A stretch of 64,000 nucleotides of DNA, taken from assembly GCA_047495785.1 (NCBI GenBank), contig JBLDXI010000004.1:1922001-1986000 (forward strand). The letters run 5' to 3'. Each line of letters starts with the position of its first letter. The stretch's first letter is position 1. The translations under genes were made by a program, and so were the position numbers. Positions 1 through 12,745 of the stretch are shown here, in pieces. The DNA comes from Lepidodermella squamata (lineage: Eukaryota > Animalia > Gastrotricha). Under the pieces are notes generated by a model. It saw only the letters and a list, made by a program, of their open reading frames with translations, was not told the DNA's origin and ran no database searches.

Positions 1-536
1 ATTCAATTATTTCCCAGCACTTCCACGCTGAATACCACAGCATTCCACGCCCAGTATCGATTATCGATCATCGGTTATTGGTGATCAATCAACTGACTGA
101 TTGACATTAGCTCAGCAATTTTCGATTGTTTCTTGATAGCTTAGAGCTTATATCTACAATCGGCTAATTCATAAGCATATCTTAGGGAACCCTGATCTAT
201 ATTTTTTTTCCTCCGATATGCCATTTATGTAAAATCGTGGTATAAACCCTGTTTTTTTCAAATTTTTCGGACCTGTTTAAACAGTATGTTCAAACATAAG
301 TACTGTATAAAAAGATTGTTTAAACAGCCCCAACCCTGAATAGCGAATTGGATTACTCCATGACGAAATGTCACCATAGCCGTACCCTATCGTGAAATAA
401 GTAAAGTGTTCCGCCTTACGGCGAAAAGCCTACTTCCTTCACACTGTGCGGCACCGACACAATTCAGGGTGAATAAAAAGGATAAATTTTATTTCACAAT
501 TTTTTACATTTGCGGGGAAATGAATAATTCGCTGGC

Positions 537-1412
537 TCAACATGCTGGCCTCGCTCGAATTGCTCCCCGGAATCTCAGTAAATCGGCCGCAACGGTTCTG
601 TTATTGTAAATCGCCAAATCAAGAGCTGCCTTGCCATCTTTATCTTTCACATCCTTAATTGCACATCTGTCCAGCAACAGTCGAACTGCTTCTACTTGCC
701 TCATCCAAGACGCATACATCAATGCCGTCTGGCCATTGTCAGCCTTGGCCTCGATGGCAGCCCCGCGATAAAGTAGCAGTTCAACTACTTCCACTAGCCC
801 ATTCAAAGCCGCAAAAATCAACGCCGTCGCGCCACCGTTAGCCTTGGCATCGATGGCAGACCCGCGATCCAGCAGCAGACGAATTACTTCGACACGCCCA
901 TTTGCAGCCGCCCTTATCAACGCCGTCCTGCCAAGGCTTTCCTTGGCCTCGATAGTAGCGTTGCGATCCAGTAACAGCCGAACTACCTCCGCGTGTCCAT
1001 TATTAGCCGCAAAGATCAACGCTGTCATGTCATCAGTATTCTTGGCCTCGATGGCAGCGATGCGATGAAGCAGCAATCGAACTACTTCTACGTACCCATT
1101 CGAAGCCGCAAAAATCAACGCCGTCATGCTACCACGCTCCGCCCTCGAATTCACATCAGCTCCACGACCGACGAACAGCTGAACAATTTTCAATCGCTTG
1201 TCTGATTGTGTCCCTTTGCACGTAACGCTGTGCAGCAGGCTGCCATTTTTCAGGTTATAGTAAAGTGCGCAGTCAAACTCCCTTGGGTTGCACCAGTTCG
1301 GGTCGAATTTACCGCCCGTAGATTCGTCGATCTCCGCGACGAGCTGCCGCACCTGCGTGACATCTCTCGCCTCAACTGTTACATTCCACAACTGCTCGTA
1401 CACTTCAAGAAC
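537..1412 (-). CDS. Ankyrin-repeat exon, copy 1 (N-cap, about 5 full 33-aa repeats, C-cap); no ATG of its own
   Basis: Open frame with repeated TALIxAAxNG.VEVVRLLL.R.A.IEAK motifs at 33-aa spacing. The ORF-track 'start' is GTG; the frame is preceded by acceptor aaatttag|GTT CTT GAA GTG (phase 0). Confidence 0.9.
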   Translation of the reverse strand, partial: VLEVYEQLWNVTVEARDVTQVRQLVAEIDESTGGKFDPNWCNPREFDCALYYNLKNGSLLHSVTCKGTQSDKRLKIVQLFVGRGADVNSRAERGSMTALIFAASNGYVEVVRLLLHRIAAIEAKNTDDMTALIFAANNGHAEVVRLLLDRNATIEAKESLGRTALIRAAANGRVEVIRLLLDRGSAIDAKANGGATALIFAALNGLVEVVELLLYRGAAIEAKADNGQTALMYASWMRQVEAVRLLLDRCAIKDVKDKDGKAALDLAIYNNRTVAADLLRFRGAIRARPAC

Positions 1413-1909
1413 CTAAATTTGAGAAGACATCGGAAAGTTTAGTGAAATTGAGCACATCGGACCCTTCGTTTTCTAACCTAATTAAAATTACAGAAATAAA
1501 GCAGAAGTCTCAGAAACTTCGGGCTCTGGTGTCAGTACAATTGAAAACCCCAAATACGGAATCTAAAACTCGAAAAGTACATTTGGATACCAAAATCGCG
1601 TTGCTGAACCTAATGTCACGAGCCGTCTCGAAAATTCGCTCTTCTTTTTGGCATAACAGTTTCAGAGTTGCAGTCTTTTGCCTTCAGGGACAAAAGGAAA
1701 GGCCTCAGATCGCTGGCATCTTGATTTACTAAAAATGACTGGGAAGCCCTTACTCTGATTTCGTATTTGATTATGACACAGTGTTCCGTATTATCCTACG
1801 ATAGGTTGATGTTCATGGAAAACTTACAGGTCGTCGCTGCCTCGAGACGCAAGAGCCAGGCTGGGACCAGGTTGCGTTTGAGAGGCACGATATGACCGAA
1901 TTTCCACGA

Positions 1910-3022
1910 CAGGGTAGGAAAATAATTTTTTTTCCCCAATCCCACTTTTTTGAGGGTCTCCATTTCCCCACAAAAAGTGCCTTTTTCGCCGAGAAACTGT
2001 TCTAACTAAATTCACAGAGAAACGTGTAAATAAGAGTCACAATTTAATACAAAATTATTAGCCTGAGTTGGGAAAACGTGCAAAAGACACGTGCCTGGCA
2101 CACAAGATATTTTAGAAAATTAAGGAAGTTTTCCTTGGGAAAAAATTAAAATTTTGCATGAAAATGGAAATAGGAAAATTCACGTTTCCCCGGTTTTTTC
2201 TGGCAGGACGTTGGGCTATTTCAGCGTTGTAGAAAGATCTGCTATAAAGAAACGTTTTCCTTTCGTCCGGAATTAGAAATCCTTCATGCCAAAATGTTTT
2301 CTCAATTGCAATTACGAAATTTAAAACTTTTGATATCTGGGGAAATTTGAAAAACAAATTAGATATTCTGAATCAGCGCAAAAAGTTGGTGTAGGGTGCA
2401 AATTTGCGCGCGATTATCGTCCAAAATGGGGAAGTAATAGGAGAAAGAAAATATAAATTTGTTTGTGCGTGCGAGCGCGCGCGCGCACTACGCAAATGAG
2501 CTCTCTCTCGCAGTTGCCGCTGACTGTTGTACTGTTTACACTCGTTGTGCGCGCAGTCGACGTCGCCGCGCGCGCACACGCACACACAACAATCGCGCGC
2601 TGAGAAACTTTACCTTCTCATTTCTTCCCCATTTTGGTAGATTATTGCGCGCAAATTTGCACCCGGCCTTAACTTTTTGCGCTGATTCAGAATATCTAAT
2701 TTGTTTTTCTGATTTCCCCAGAGTTCAAAAGTTGAATTTTACGCATGCGCTTGCCATTAAGGCTTCCCCAGCGAAAAAAAATCAAACCTACAATACGGGG
2801 AAGTATAGGAATTGAAGAAACGAGATGGTTATTAGCAAAACCATCTCGTTTCATTTCCCCACCTCGAAGGCTATGGTGAAGAGTAATTTCGTGTAGCTTT
2901 CCCAAGCCGAAAATTGACAAAAAAGACAGAAAATCGCCCCATTTCCCCACATTTTTAGGTCTCAGGAATAAAATTTTCCCCATTCCCACTGGGATCGTGG
3001 GATGGCAGATTTTCCTAGCCTG
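1910..3022. mobile_element. hAT-like non-autonomous element/MITE with internal fold-back, inserted in a CCP exon
   Basis: TIR cagggtaggaaaat / attttcctagcctg; 8-bp TSD ttccacga (1902-1909, 3023-3030); long internal inverted repeat about 2320-2740. Confidence 0.85.
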
Positions 3023-3269
3023 TTCCACGAATCTCGAAATTTGGCTTGCATGATATGGTTCGGTTGGCTCCGAAGCTCCATAGACCAGGAGACACGGTGC
3101 CGTTTTGTATCGCTGGTGGCGGTCCGCAAACTTTATACGATAATTTTGTTACAGTGAAGAATGGCTGGAAAATATTCACCTATCGGGTTACACCTTGTGT
3201 TTATCACCGGCCGAAAAGGAGGTACGCACGTGGCGATCGAGACCGCGGACTAATTGTTATAACCAGGGT

Positions 3270-5375
3270 CTATTGTCTGGCACAATGGACTCCTGCATAA
3301 GCTTATTGAAGCCGGTGTCCCCGAGCCTATAATCCGCTGGGTGGCCGACTTTTTGCGCGGCCGTTGCTTCAAGCTCAAAGTCGACAGCGAGCTCAGCGAA
3401 CAACACCCGATCTGCTGTGGTGTGCCTCAGGGCTCACCGCTGAGCCCACTGTTATTCATCTTTTTCACGGCGGATATGCAGCCGATGGGACTGCAGCCCG
3501 ACGATGGCAAGCGGAAGGTAGCGAACGGAACGTATGCTGACGACGCCCTCAACTGGGCTTACGGCAAGTCGCTGCTCGACTGTACCCGCCGAATTCAAGC
3601 ACAGCTAGACGTCACGGTCGGCTGGTGCGAACAATGGCGCCTGATCTTGAATCTCGAAAAATGCGAGGTCATGCTTTTTGGATATTATAACTCAGTGCCC
3701 TCGATTTCGCTCAAGCTCGGAAAGCACACAATAAAACAAACACCCTCAATTAAGTACCTGTGTGTCACGCTGACCCCTCAACTCAGCTGGGAGCCTCACA
3801 TATCCAGCATCTCCGCGAAGTGCCGTCCGAGAGCTGGTGTCCTACGAGGCATCATGACACGTAAGATTTTGCCACAGCGACTAGGAATCATGTTTCATAA
3901 ATCGATGGCCGAAAGCCTGGCCACGTACGGCTCGCCAGCATGGTCCTGTCAACCCAAGTCTTCTATCAACAGACTATTTGAAATACAGGCGAACGGGCTT
4001 CGCGCTGCCCTCGATTTGCCTTACGACGCCGATTCCTTTGGCACTTTATTTCTGGCTAATGTGCCCTCAATTGAAGACATCTTCACCGAACGTCTGGAAC
4101 GCTACGGCCAACGCTGCCTGGCAGCTGGCGATGTTATGGCCGACTACATTAAATACATAGCTTCACTATCTTTCGATAGCTTCGGCCATAAGACCATGAA
4201 CGATCATTCTCCCGCATGGCGCATACGGCACTTGGTCGACTTAATCCCAGTTATGCCTCGGCGCACAAATTTTAACTGGTTGATATTTGAAGCTCGGCCA
4301 TCATTGCCAGAAACTTCTACTCTACAGCTGTGCACCTCATCCTTGCCTTTAGATCCTTAGCCCTCGAGCCTACCGAGAATATGCTGCCCTCGTCTAATTC
4401 AGCGTCAGCCAATGCCTGTCCGTGCCCAGAACCCTGAGGCCTCAAATTCAAACATTTTGGCGAGCCTTGACTGAGCCTTTAAGCCTTTGAGCCCAGAACC
4501 TTGACTGAGCCTCCACCCTGAGCCCGCGAGCCTGAGCCTGGCTGGAGCCCTGACCGAGCCAACTGGTGAGCCCTGGAAATATAGTAAACAATTGTGCTTT
4601 GCCTTTTACAGAGCCTTGACTGAGCCTTTAAGCCTTGAGCCCAGAGCCTTGACTGAGCCTCCACCCTGAGCCCGCGAGCCTGAGCCTGGCTGGAGCCCTG
4701 ACCGAGCCAACTGGTGAGCCCTGGAAATATAGTAAACAATTGTGCTTTGCCTTTTACAGAGCCTTGACTGAGCCTTTAAGCCTTGAGCCCAGAGCCTTGA
4801 CTGAGCCTCCACCCTGAGCCCGCGAGCCTGAGCCTGGCTGGAGCCCTGACCGAGCCAACTGGTGAGCCCTGGAAGTATAGTAAACAATTGTGCTTTGCCT
4901 TTTACAGAGCCTTGACTGAGCCTTCGCCCTGAGCCTACGTCATACGTGCCTACGTGCCTTGAGCCTTCATCTGAGCCCTTCGTCTGAGAAACTCACCCAT
5001 CACCTGCAGTCGCGGAAAAATCTTATTGAGTAAACTTGAGCCTCCCCTCGTGCTTAATTTATTTTGTGTTGAGGACCAATCCCGAAACCCGAACTCGACT
5101 CGGAACAACGGAGCAATCCTACGAACAGAACAAAGCGTCAAGCCAAGCGAACCACCCAAACAAACCAGCTGCAAACCAGTCACCCAGAATCAAAACGAGT
5201 CAATATAACAAAAAAATAATAATAAAATATATAATGATAAACAAATTAATCATAATGATGTATGATAATTTGATGATATAATGATATGATGAAATACCTG
5301 ACTCTGCCCCTGGTCCGAGAGCAACTTTATTTAATGTTGGATGGACTTGAAACAATAAATCTGAAAAACTGCCAC
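3270..5375 (+). mobile_element. 5'-truncated non-LTR retrotransposon (RT ORF 3341-4360 plus long 3' UTR)
   Basis: RT motifs GVPQGSPLSPLLF and YADD; apparent 9-bp TSD aaccagggt (3261-3269, 5376-5384) splitting the CCP1 exon; AATAAA near the 3' end. Confidence 0.9.
4462..4925. repeat. 148-bp tandem repeat (about 3.1 copies), GAGCC-rich, within the LINE 3' region
   Basis: Unit starts at 4462, 4611, 4759 and 4907. Confidence 0.95.
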
Positions 5376-7028
5376 AACCAGGGTTGCATTTCACGCTCCT
5401 TTTTCCACGCTCCTTTTTCCACCGCAGTTCCGGGCCTTAGAACTGCACCGGTGTCTTGCGAAGTTTCTAGGTCAACTCGGGTCACAAATCCCGCGGATAC
5501 GCTGGGCACGGGGCAAGACTGCGGTGGTGTGGTCGTCCGATTGCTAAAATCTGTGTTGTCGGAAATCCAATTCAAAACTTTACAGACTCTACTGTAGAGG
5601 CCAGGAATGTATCCAGTGCAAAACCCATCGCCATTCGAAATTATGCCAAGCATCGATTATGTCTCGATTTCAAACACACGAGAGGGCCCCCAGAATCCCC
5701 AGAGCAAACGTCGCTGTTGCCTACGGCGGATAGACAAATCTTCGAGTCGGTGATTTTGACAGATTCCGAGCGGCTGCGGGAATACTCCATTGAGCAATTT
5801 CGGTACGACCGAACTTGAAGATCCAGCTTCCTCGGAGTCTCAGACAATCTAGCTGAAATATCAGAGAGCATTAACACGCCGGAATTTTGTAAATGCAGCA
5901 TTCATTCGAAAAGGACTGCATAAACGTCACATCCGAATAATCGAGGCGAAATTGTTATTATAAACTAGCGAGAACCCCACGTAGATAAAAAGGTGAAGTT
6001 AGGGCCCACTCCTGCTCTGCTACTAATATACTAATACTAATACTAGGTCATAAACATGTCGGACGAATAGTCCGACTTTTTGATCTAATGCTCTAGGTTA
6101 CCAGCTGGGCCATGCGGGCCTGTGGGCCTCAGAAAATCTCTTCGCACCGGCATTCCCTTCCCTCAATACCTCTTGCCGAGCTGAGAGGAATGATTCTTCA
6201 AAACCAATCCACGCGATATTTGCACACTGCACACAGCATACCAGTTAAGATTTCTTCATAAAGTCTATAAATTTTTACACGCTTTCATACTAGGAAAACT
6301 GGAACCAAATAAAAATAAATTACTGTGTACATTCATAAATTTTTTCCTTGTACATATAGAAAAAGTATTAGAAAAAGTACTAGAAAAAGTATTGGAGCAT
6401 ACTGCTTTTAAAGTAACCCCAGCCAACGGCAACCCCTGAATCGCACCCATCGATCGAATTGGCGTTGACAGGGTTGGCTCGACACATGGTTCTCGCGTCA
6501 GGCAAACAAATCGGCTGCGAGAATCTTGGAAGTGGCGTTGCTAGTCGCAGAAGAGCGAAATCAAAGTCGTATAAATTCTGACTGCCGTTGTAAAGTGGAT
6601 GCACCAAAGGAGGAAGCGACACAAGGGAGTCGTAAGAGCCCGCCTCAGACCGTAAACCGATATTGTGGCGACCTAGTAGCGCTTTGATACTGTACGAATG
6701 AGAAATATACCATCGAACAGGTAAATGAAAACTTCAACGTACAAAGTCGGAGTCTCTCCAGCATCCCAAACGCAATGCGCAGCTGTAATCAGCCATTGCT
6801 TCGAGATGAGGGAAGCTCCGCAGTATTCGGCTGATGTTTCGCCACTTTTGTAAATTTCAAGGAGAACCTGGATCAAACATCCTGTTTGTTTAGCATTAAA
6901 ATGTTAAATCGAAGCAAACCAGCCACGGAAACTCGTGTGCTCCTGCTGGCTGATTGCCTGGCCCTGTTGATTTCGCCGTTTGTTAAGGGTTCATAGCACC
7001 GCATCCGGTCGCCTCATCTTGAGCACCG

Positions 7029-8290
7029 TGTAGTGTATGCGCAACAAGACAGAAGATAAACTCTCTAGTTTATTGCAAGTGACTCATCAGCAAGATAGCA
7101 ACAACAAACATCTCTCTAAGCGCGTATTTATAGTCCATAGAAAGATCCAGACTAGACTCTTTTGGAATATGGCCCAGTGCCAGTTTGGCCGGATGCCAAA
7201 ATCGGGACATTGGCAGAATGCCAATCTGGAACATTCTCCACACCTCCGCCGCCACTTTGAAACCAATCTATTTCGAATAGGTTACAGGTTTCAATGCCCT
7301 TAGACGACCATGCTCGCGATCGAGCGGCTGATCTGCCACAGGCTGCTCACCAATCACCTCTCTTGATCGATAAACTCCCCGCTTCTTCGGGACATCGCCA
7401 CTTGGCTCAATCTCGGGGATTTCCCCGACTCGGGCTTGCTCGACAGACTGAGGTCCGCTCGCCGGCTCCGGCATCGGCATATCAGGCAACGACACTATTT
7501 CACCCTATCTCGGAGCGTCCACGGCTGGGATTCCCATCAATTCATTGGGTTCCGAGTCTTTACTCGTGCGACGAATGATCAGCGTGTCGACGCCATAATC
7601 CTGCGCCACACTCAACCATATAGGTAGCCGGACCCAGAACTTTCGCAATGACGCCTGCAACCCAACGATGATTAGCTTTCAATCGAAAATCGCGCACCCA
7701 CACCTCCTCTCCTTCCACGAAGTTTCGCACAGCACCATGTTGCGACTTGGCAGACCATTTGTCGACTTTGTCATTCGAGCTATGGAAAATCAAATCCAAC
7801 GGCCACCGCAACTTTTGTCCCAACAGTGCTTCAGCAGGAGAGATTTGCGTCGTGGTATGTGGCGTATTCCGATAGGTCATTAAGAATCGTTGCGATTTGG
7901 TCAGACCAAGAATCGACGGCTTGCTTTGTTCGGCCTTCATTGCCCGTTTGAACGTCTTCACAAACCGTTCGACCTCACCATTAGTTTTTGGCGAATACGG
8001 AGCCGCGGTTATGTGCTGAATACCGTTTCGTTCTACGAAATTTTGAAATTCAATGCTGGCAAAAGCCGGGCCGTAACCAGCTGTCTTGGAATACCAAATC
8101 TCGCAAACAACTGACTCAAACCTTCAATCGTTGACTCCGTTGTAGCACGATTCAAGCGAAGGACTTCTGGCCACTTAGACTTCGCATCGACAACCAACAA
8201 CCAGTAGTAACCCATGAATGGTCCTGCGAAATCTGCATGTAGTCGGCTCCAATTTTCCTCGCAACCGTTGCCAGCATCACGAACATAGCA
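7029..8290 (-). mobile_element. Gypsy/Ty3 LTR retrotransposon remnant: degenerate integrase plus putative 3' LTR (7029-7233)
   Basis: Integrase motifs LLVVDAKSKWPEV, PYSPKTNGEVERF, YRNTPHTTT..SPAE.L.G across frameshifts; minus-strand TG...CA segment with AATAAA preceded by a purine-rich tract. Confidence 0.8.
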
Positions 8291-9644
8291 GTTAAGATCA
8301 TGCTCTTAAGATGTGTTGAGTCTCGGCTAATACGCGAGTCTTTGCCCCGCTGTTGAAACGATCTAGTCTTCAAGCGTAAAGTCCCTGAAACCGGGTTTCA
8401 TGCTTGTTAAGCTGGGAAAACTCGGCTATGTGTAGGGTGAATCCACGATCTTGTCAACCGGGGAGCTCAAAAATAAAATTGGCATATGCCTCATATATTA
8501 TATATTTTCAGAAAGCTCGGGATGTGAACTTTCATTTTTTTGCTAAATTTTCTCAAAATTACCCGATTTTCACAACTTTGACACTCTGTTACGTAACTCA
8601 GTATAGAAGCAAATTTGGGTCAATTTTTCATGTTTTTTGCCCTTAATCTTATTCGAGCCCAGGTGTTTTCAGCTTTCAACGACTGGGTAACTATTTCCGA
8701 CTATATGAGACGAGTGCTTTGCAGGTACCCGCGACCTTGCATGATGTTTCATTACGCAATGACACCATGTAATGTCAAATCATGTCAAATTTCTCTGTAC
8801 GTCACGAAAAAAGTGACATTTCATCGCCAATCCATGGAACCGGGTCCAATCACCCCAAAACGTTTTATTCTCTTCCCCGGAACCCTCATTAACCTTTTTT
8901 GATACTTGGATGCCTGCAGAAAACTCCCAGAGATGAGAAAAGTGCGTGACGTACAGAGGATTTTCTCATCGTGACGTACAGAGAAATGGTTACCAACGGA
9001 ACGTTTCTGTTCACCTGAATTGTTCACCTGAATTGTTCACCTGAAAACGATGTTCTAACTCAAAAAGGTTTACTAGGTTATCTGTACAATTGAAAAAAAC
9101 CGTGATTCCTTGAATTTTTGGGGTCTCACAAGTACCTAAAATAAGACCAATGAAACTTGCATGCTTAAGTGTGAAACCAAGCACAGAATCAGTTAGCTGC
9201 TGTCTAATAACGTCGAAAAATACCCAGATGATGATATATGAGCAAGCTACGACGATAGGTAACATCTAAAAAATAGTCCTCTGTACGTCACGTTAGGACT
9301 TCTCTGTACGTCACGGCGTTTTTCGGGTCCCACTATTAAATTATGCATAATTAGCCCTTGTTTTTTACCGGAAAACAAACTAGACGTTATAAGCGAATTA
9401 TGGGATGAAAAATCAAGCCTACAACTGCTTTAATTCAGAGGAAATCAAATTTGCAAAATCGAACCCAAAATCGCTGGATTTTTTTCTCTGTCTGTCACGC
9501 GACTTTGTATCGTCGACCAAGTCACGCCCGTTAAGTCTCCAGCTTAGATTTTGATGGCAAGGACGCAAAAAATCGTCCTCTTTCCAATGAATATAAATTT
9601 ATGGGTGTTGAATCGCCTATTCCGCTGCTAGCTCGCTTATAGCA

Positions 9645-10663
9645 TCTCTAAATTCTAAATTCAAATTTATTGGTCCATCAGTATCAAAAATATAAAAGAA
9701 CAAGGTAACATAACAAATTCCCTTCTTTCGAACAATATGTACAAAGTGACAGAGATGGCACGCGGTTGCGAGACGACATGCGCTTGCCGGCGGCAGTGCG
9801 CTGAGGACACTAGTGAGCGAGCTAAAGGAATATTTATCGTATACAGAAGAATATATGGATGGGTTAATCAGAACAGAAGGAGTGCAGCAGGAAGAAAGAG
9901 AAAAGAAAGGAGAAGAGGGAACAGGATTATACAAGACAAGACGCACAAGATGTAGAAAGACGGAAGAAACACGGAGCGATCACACACCGAAGGTGGGCAG
10001 AGGACCCCGAGGAAGCCTGCTGGCGATCATGGCCAGCGGAGACCGGGGCACCGGGTTCGCAGAGAGACGTAGTTGCTCAACAGCTTCGCGGATCGGGAGG
10101 ACGAAGCGGACGGCGTTGTCGGCGTAGCGGCGCTGCGTCTGTTCAAAGAAACGCGGGAGACTTGGGACACCAGCGCGACGTTCGAGGCCCGTGACTCTGA
10201 CGCGGTCATCGCGGCGGACGTTCAGTAGAGCCCGGAGGCAATCGTTCTGAAGGACATCAAGGCGCTTGAGTTGCCGCTTGGGTGCAGTGCAGAAAACGAT
10301 GTTACCATACGTTGACGTGGTTCGAACGAGACTTAGATACGCGGTTCGGCGCCACCGGCGAGAAAGGCCAGGGGCTCGACAGACGCTGCGAAAGTGTGAT
10401 AAATTGCGAGTGCAGCGGGTGATAACGCGGTCCATGTGGGCCTTCCAGGTCAACTTAGCATCAAGATGGACACCAAGGATGCGCATGACTGGGACTTGCG
10501 GGATCGCCGAGCCGTCGAGTGTTAGTCGGGCATCGTAGCTGCGCCACGCGAATGGCATCACTTCACTCTTGGAGGCATTAAACTTTTGCCGCCACTCGTG
10601 GGCCCACGCTGATATCCGGTCGATCTCATTCTGGGTAGCACGCTCAGCTTCAGGAAAATCCAC
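9645..10663 (-). mobile_element. 5'-truncated non-LTR retrotransposon (RT C-terminus and 3' tail)
   Basis: W...W...FNASKS, LGVHLD.KLTW..H motifs; minus-strand 3' end AATAAA-TTTGAA-TTTAGAA-TTTAGA short-repeat tail. Confidence 0.85.
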
Positions 10664-10789
10664 CCCTCGAGGTGGTGGATTTTTCTCTGTAAGTCACTCG
10701 TGGATTCACCCTGTAACGTTGTGGATTGTGAAAAGAAGCAAACCCTGGAAATCTCAGCGAACTCACTATGAATTTGTTGATGAATTTGT

Positions 10790-11163
10790 AGTGAAATTGA
10801 TCACTCATTGTGGAACCGCTGATAAGTTGAACTTCGGCGCGCATTCTGATTGGTCAATTTATCGTTGCTAATGACTCCGGGATGAAACAATTTAGTCGTG
10901 TGATCCACTAATAAATTATTTTATATTTATGCAAAAAATGACCTTGCCACACCCTCTGCAAGGTTTCCATTGACCACGAGCGTAAACTCCATGTTAATGA
11001 TGGTAAATAGGTGCAGCAAAAAAACACTTGTTGAACAATTTTTATGGATCGCACGACAAAAATGTTTCATCCGGGAGTCTAGCAACGATCGATTGACCAA
11101 TCAGCGTGCGCATTGGGTTGGACTTTTAAGTGGTCACACAATGCTCGTGCACAGTGATCACTA
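10790..11163. mobile_element. MITE-like imperfect inverted repeat
   Basis: gcgcattctgattggtcaat...gtcgtgtgatcca (about 10838-10907) pairs with tggatcgcacgac...ttgaccaatcagcgtgcgc (about 11045-11111); TSD not resolved. Confidence 0.6.
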
Positions 11164-11308
11164 GGCTTTTATCTGTTAAATTGAGTAGTTTTAGCTCTTA
11201 GTAAACGCGCAAAAATAGTTGAAACAGGAAGCTTTCAGAAACAGACACGCCTGACGATAAAAGTCGCCAACACGTCGCTTCTAAATCTACTAACATAAAA
11301 TTTGGAAT

Positions 11309-12154
11309 TTGTCGTATTCGAACTGCACTAATATGGCTATTCTAATGCCAGGCGGGGCTTGGATTATGGCCAACATCCCGGATCGCGGTTTCAACGGCTC
11401 GAGGCCGTACTTCATCGGCTGGTTCCACGATTTGGCAGCTGAGAGCGTTCACGATCGACTTCACTACCGCTCAAATAACGCTAAGGTAAGTCATTTGCAT
11501 AGATGTATCTTTACACATTAAACACGATAAATCTCATTCTAAGCTGATGATAATGGCCGTTGTGCTGTTCGCTTTGTGCGGCTGCTACCCGATCGCATTT
11601 ATCGTCGAGCCATAGGTATCAATCTCTCGGCTATCAAGAAATCATAATTGCCGGGGTGAACAACAACTCCGCCGTGCCATTATGTGGCTCATTCAACTAC
11701 AAATTCATTCGTTCTTCAGACACTACAGTGGCTATTCTAACTGCACTACCTAGTGGTGGTTCAACTATCATCCTTTGGTCTCTCCTACAACTACTGGTTT
11801 GTCACTAACTTTGTACTTAGATAGTTGTTTTTTCATTCCACCTATTCAGGAAAATGTTCGCTCGGGCTGTTCGCATTGGATGGCGGTCGACGCAGCGCAG
11901 CATGCAGACCGCGGCCATAGAGACGCAATGGCGGCAGCGGGAAGTGTTTTTCGCAAAGCAATCTATAGCCGCTGTGCTCGTGTTCAATACATTCCACCTG
12001 CCAATGGCCGTGCATTTCGTGTTCCAGCACGACTACTGGAACTGAGGCCCGAGCTACGCTAGCGGCGACCTGCTCAAGTACAGCAACATCTGCGTAGCTG
12101 GTGAAATGGTCTTTTCGTGCTTTGTCAAAATGGTGAAGCCTGGATTCTCGAAGA
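11309..12154 (+). pseudogene. Divergent class A GPCR (opsin-like) pseudogene; TM1-TM3 deleted, stops and frameshifts
   Basis: Homologous to 55524-56307 and 54244-54589; last exon reads REVFFAKQ...FHLP...N*GPSYASGDLLKYSNICVAGEMVF. Confidence 0.75.
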
Positions 12155-12339
12155 CAGGGTGCACAGGGGTACAGGGGTGTACAGTACAGGGGTGCTGGGG
12201 AGTCGGCTACACCCCAGCTCCGGGACTGCAACCAGAGGAAGGCTGAAAAAATCCACGGGGGGACCCTTTGGTTTCTTCTGCTGGGTCATAGAAAACAACT
12301 AGAAAACACCTTAGCTCCCGGGTCCTACTTCGCACACTG
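12155..12339. mobile_element. Short interspersed repeat/MITE fragment ending cctacttcgcacactg
   Basis: Same terminus at about 20537-20552 and inverted at 25153; truncates the GPCR last exon. Confidence 0.5.
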
Positions 12340-12745
12340 CTCGCAGAGATTGCCTTTCATAAGAAGAAAGCTTTTTCAGCATCAGGTTCGTCCACTGCGG
12401 CCGACTCAGATTAAGGTGACTACTACCAAGGCAACGGCCACAACATCTGCCCTAACAACTCGAGAGTCATTGAATACCAGCAGTTATTGAAATTATATCA
12501 AAAAATGCATCGAATCCACAATGAATGCTACGGTTTGGTGAATGTTCGATAACTACAATTGCAGACAGAATACTTTATCCTCCCAGTTAGAAACTCTTAC
12601 TCGGATAGACTTTGAAAGAGAATGACGACGAATTTGAGAATGACGAATTCAAAATTCAGAGTGAATAAAAAGGAGCGATGTTATTTTACACTTGGTAAAC
12701 ATTCGCAAATAGAAGAAAAGATTAATTTGCGTGATTCCGCTGGTT

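Larger units (their letters stand above)
1828..7028 (-). pseudogene. Trypsin-family serine protease with 2 CCP modules, copy A; disrupted by hAT MITE, LINE and LTR insertions plus frameshifts
   Basis: TAAHC (about 6770), DFDFALLRL (about 6555), GDSGGP (about 5690); CCP pieces at 1828-1909, 3023-3132, 3180-3269 and 5376-5520 match intact paralogs; exon 1 cut at 7028. Confidence 0.85.

Noticed and set aside
537-1403. Bacterial (endosymbiont-type) intronless ankyrin genes with GTG starts
   Set aside because: Eukaryotic intron-rich context, conserved splice acceptor 9 nt upstream of the GTG, no obvious ribosome-binding site. Ancient horizontal origin cannot be excluded without a phylogeny.
3341-4360. 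Diversity-generating retroelement RT beside variable ankyrin genes
   Set aside because: The RTs are truncated non-LTR fragments, one with a TSD disrupting the protease; no template/variable repeat pair with adenine-specific changes was seen.
4540-4585. Hammerhead ribozyme in the 148-bp repeat
   Set aside because: CTGACCGAG...GAAA does not fit the CUGANGA core and the stems could not be built.
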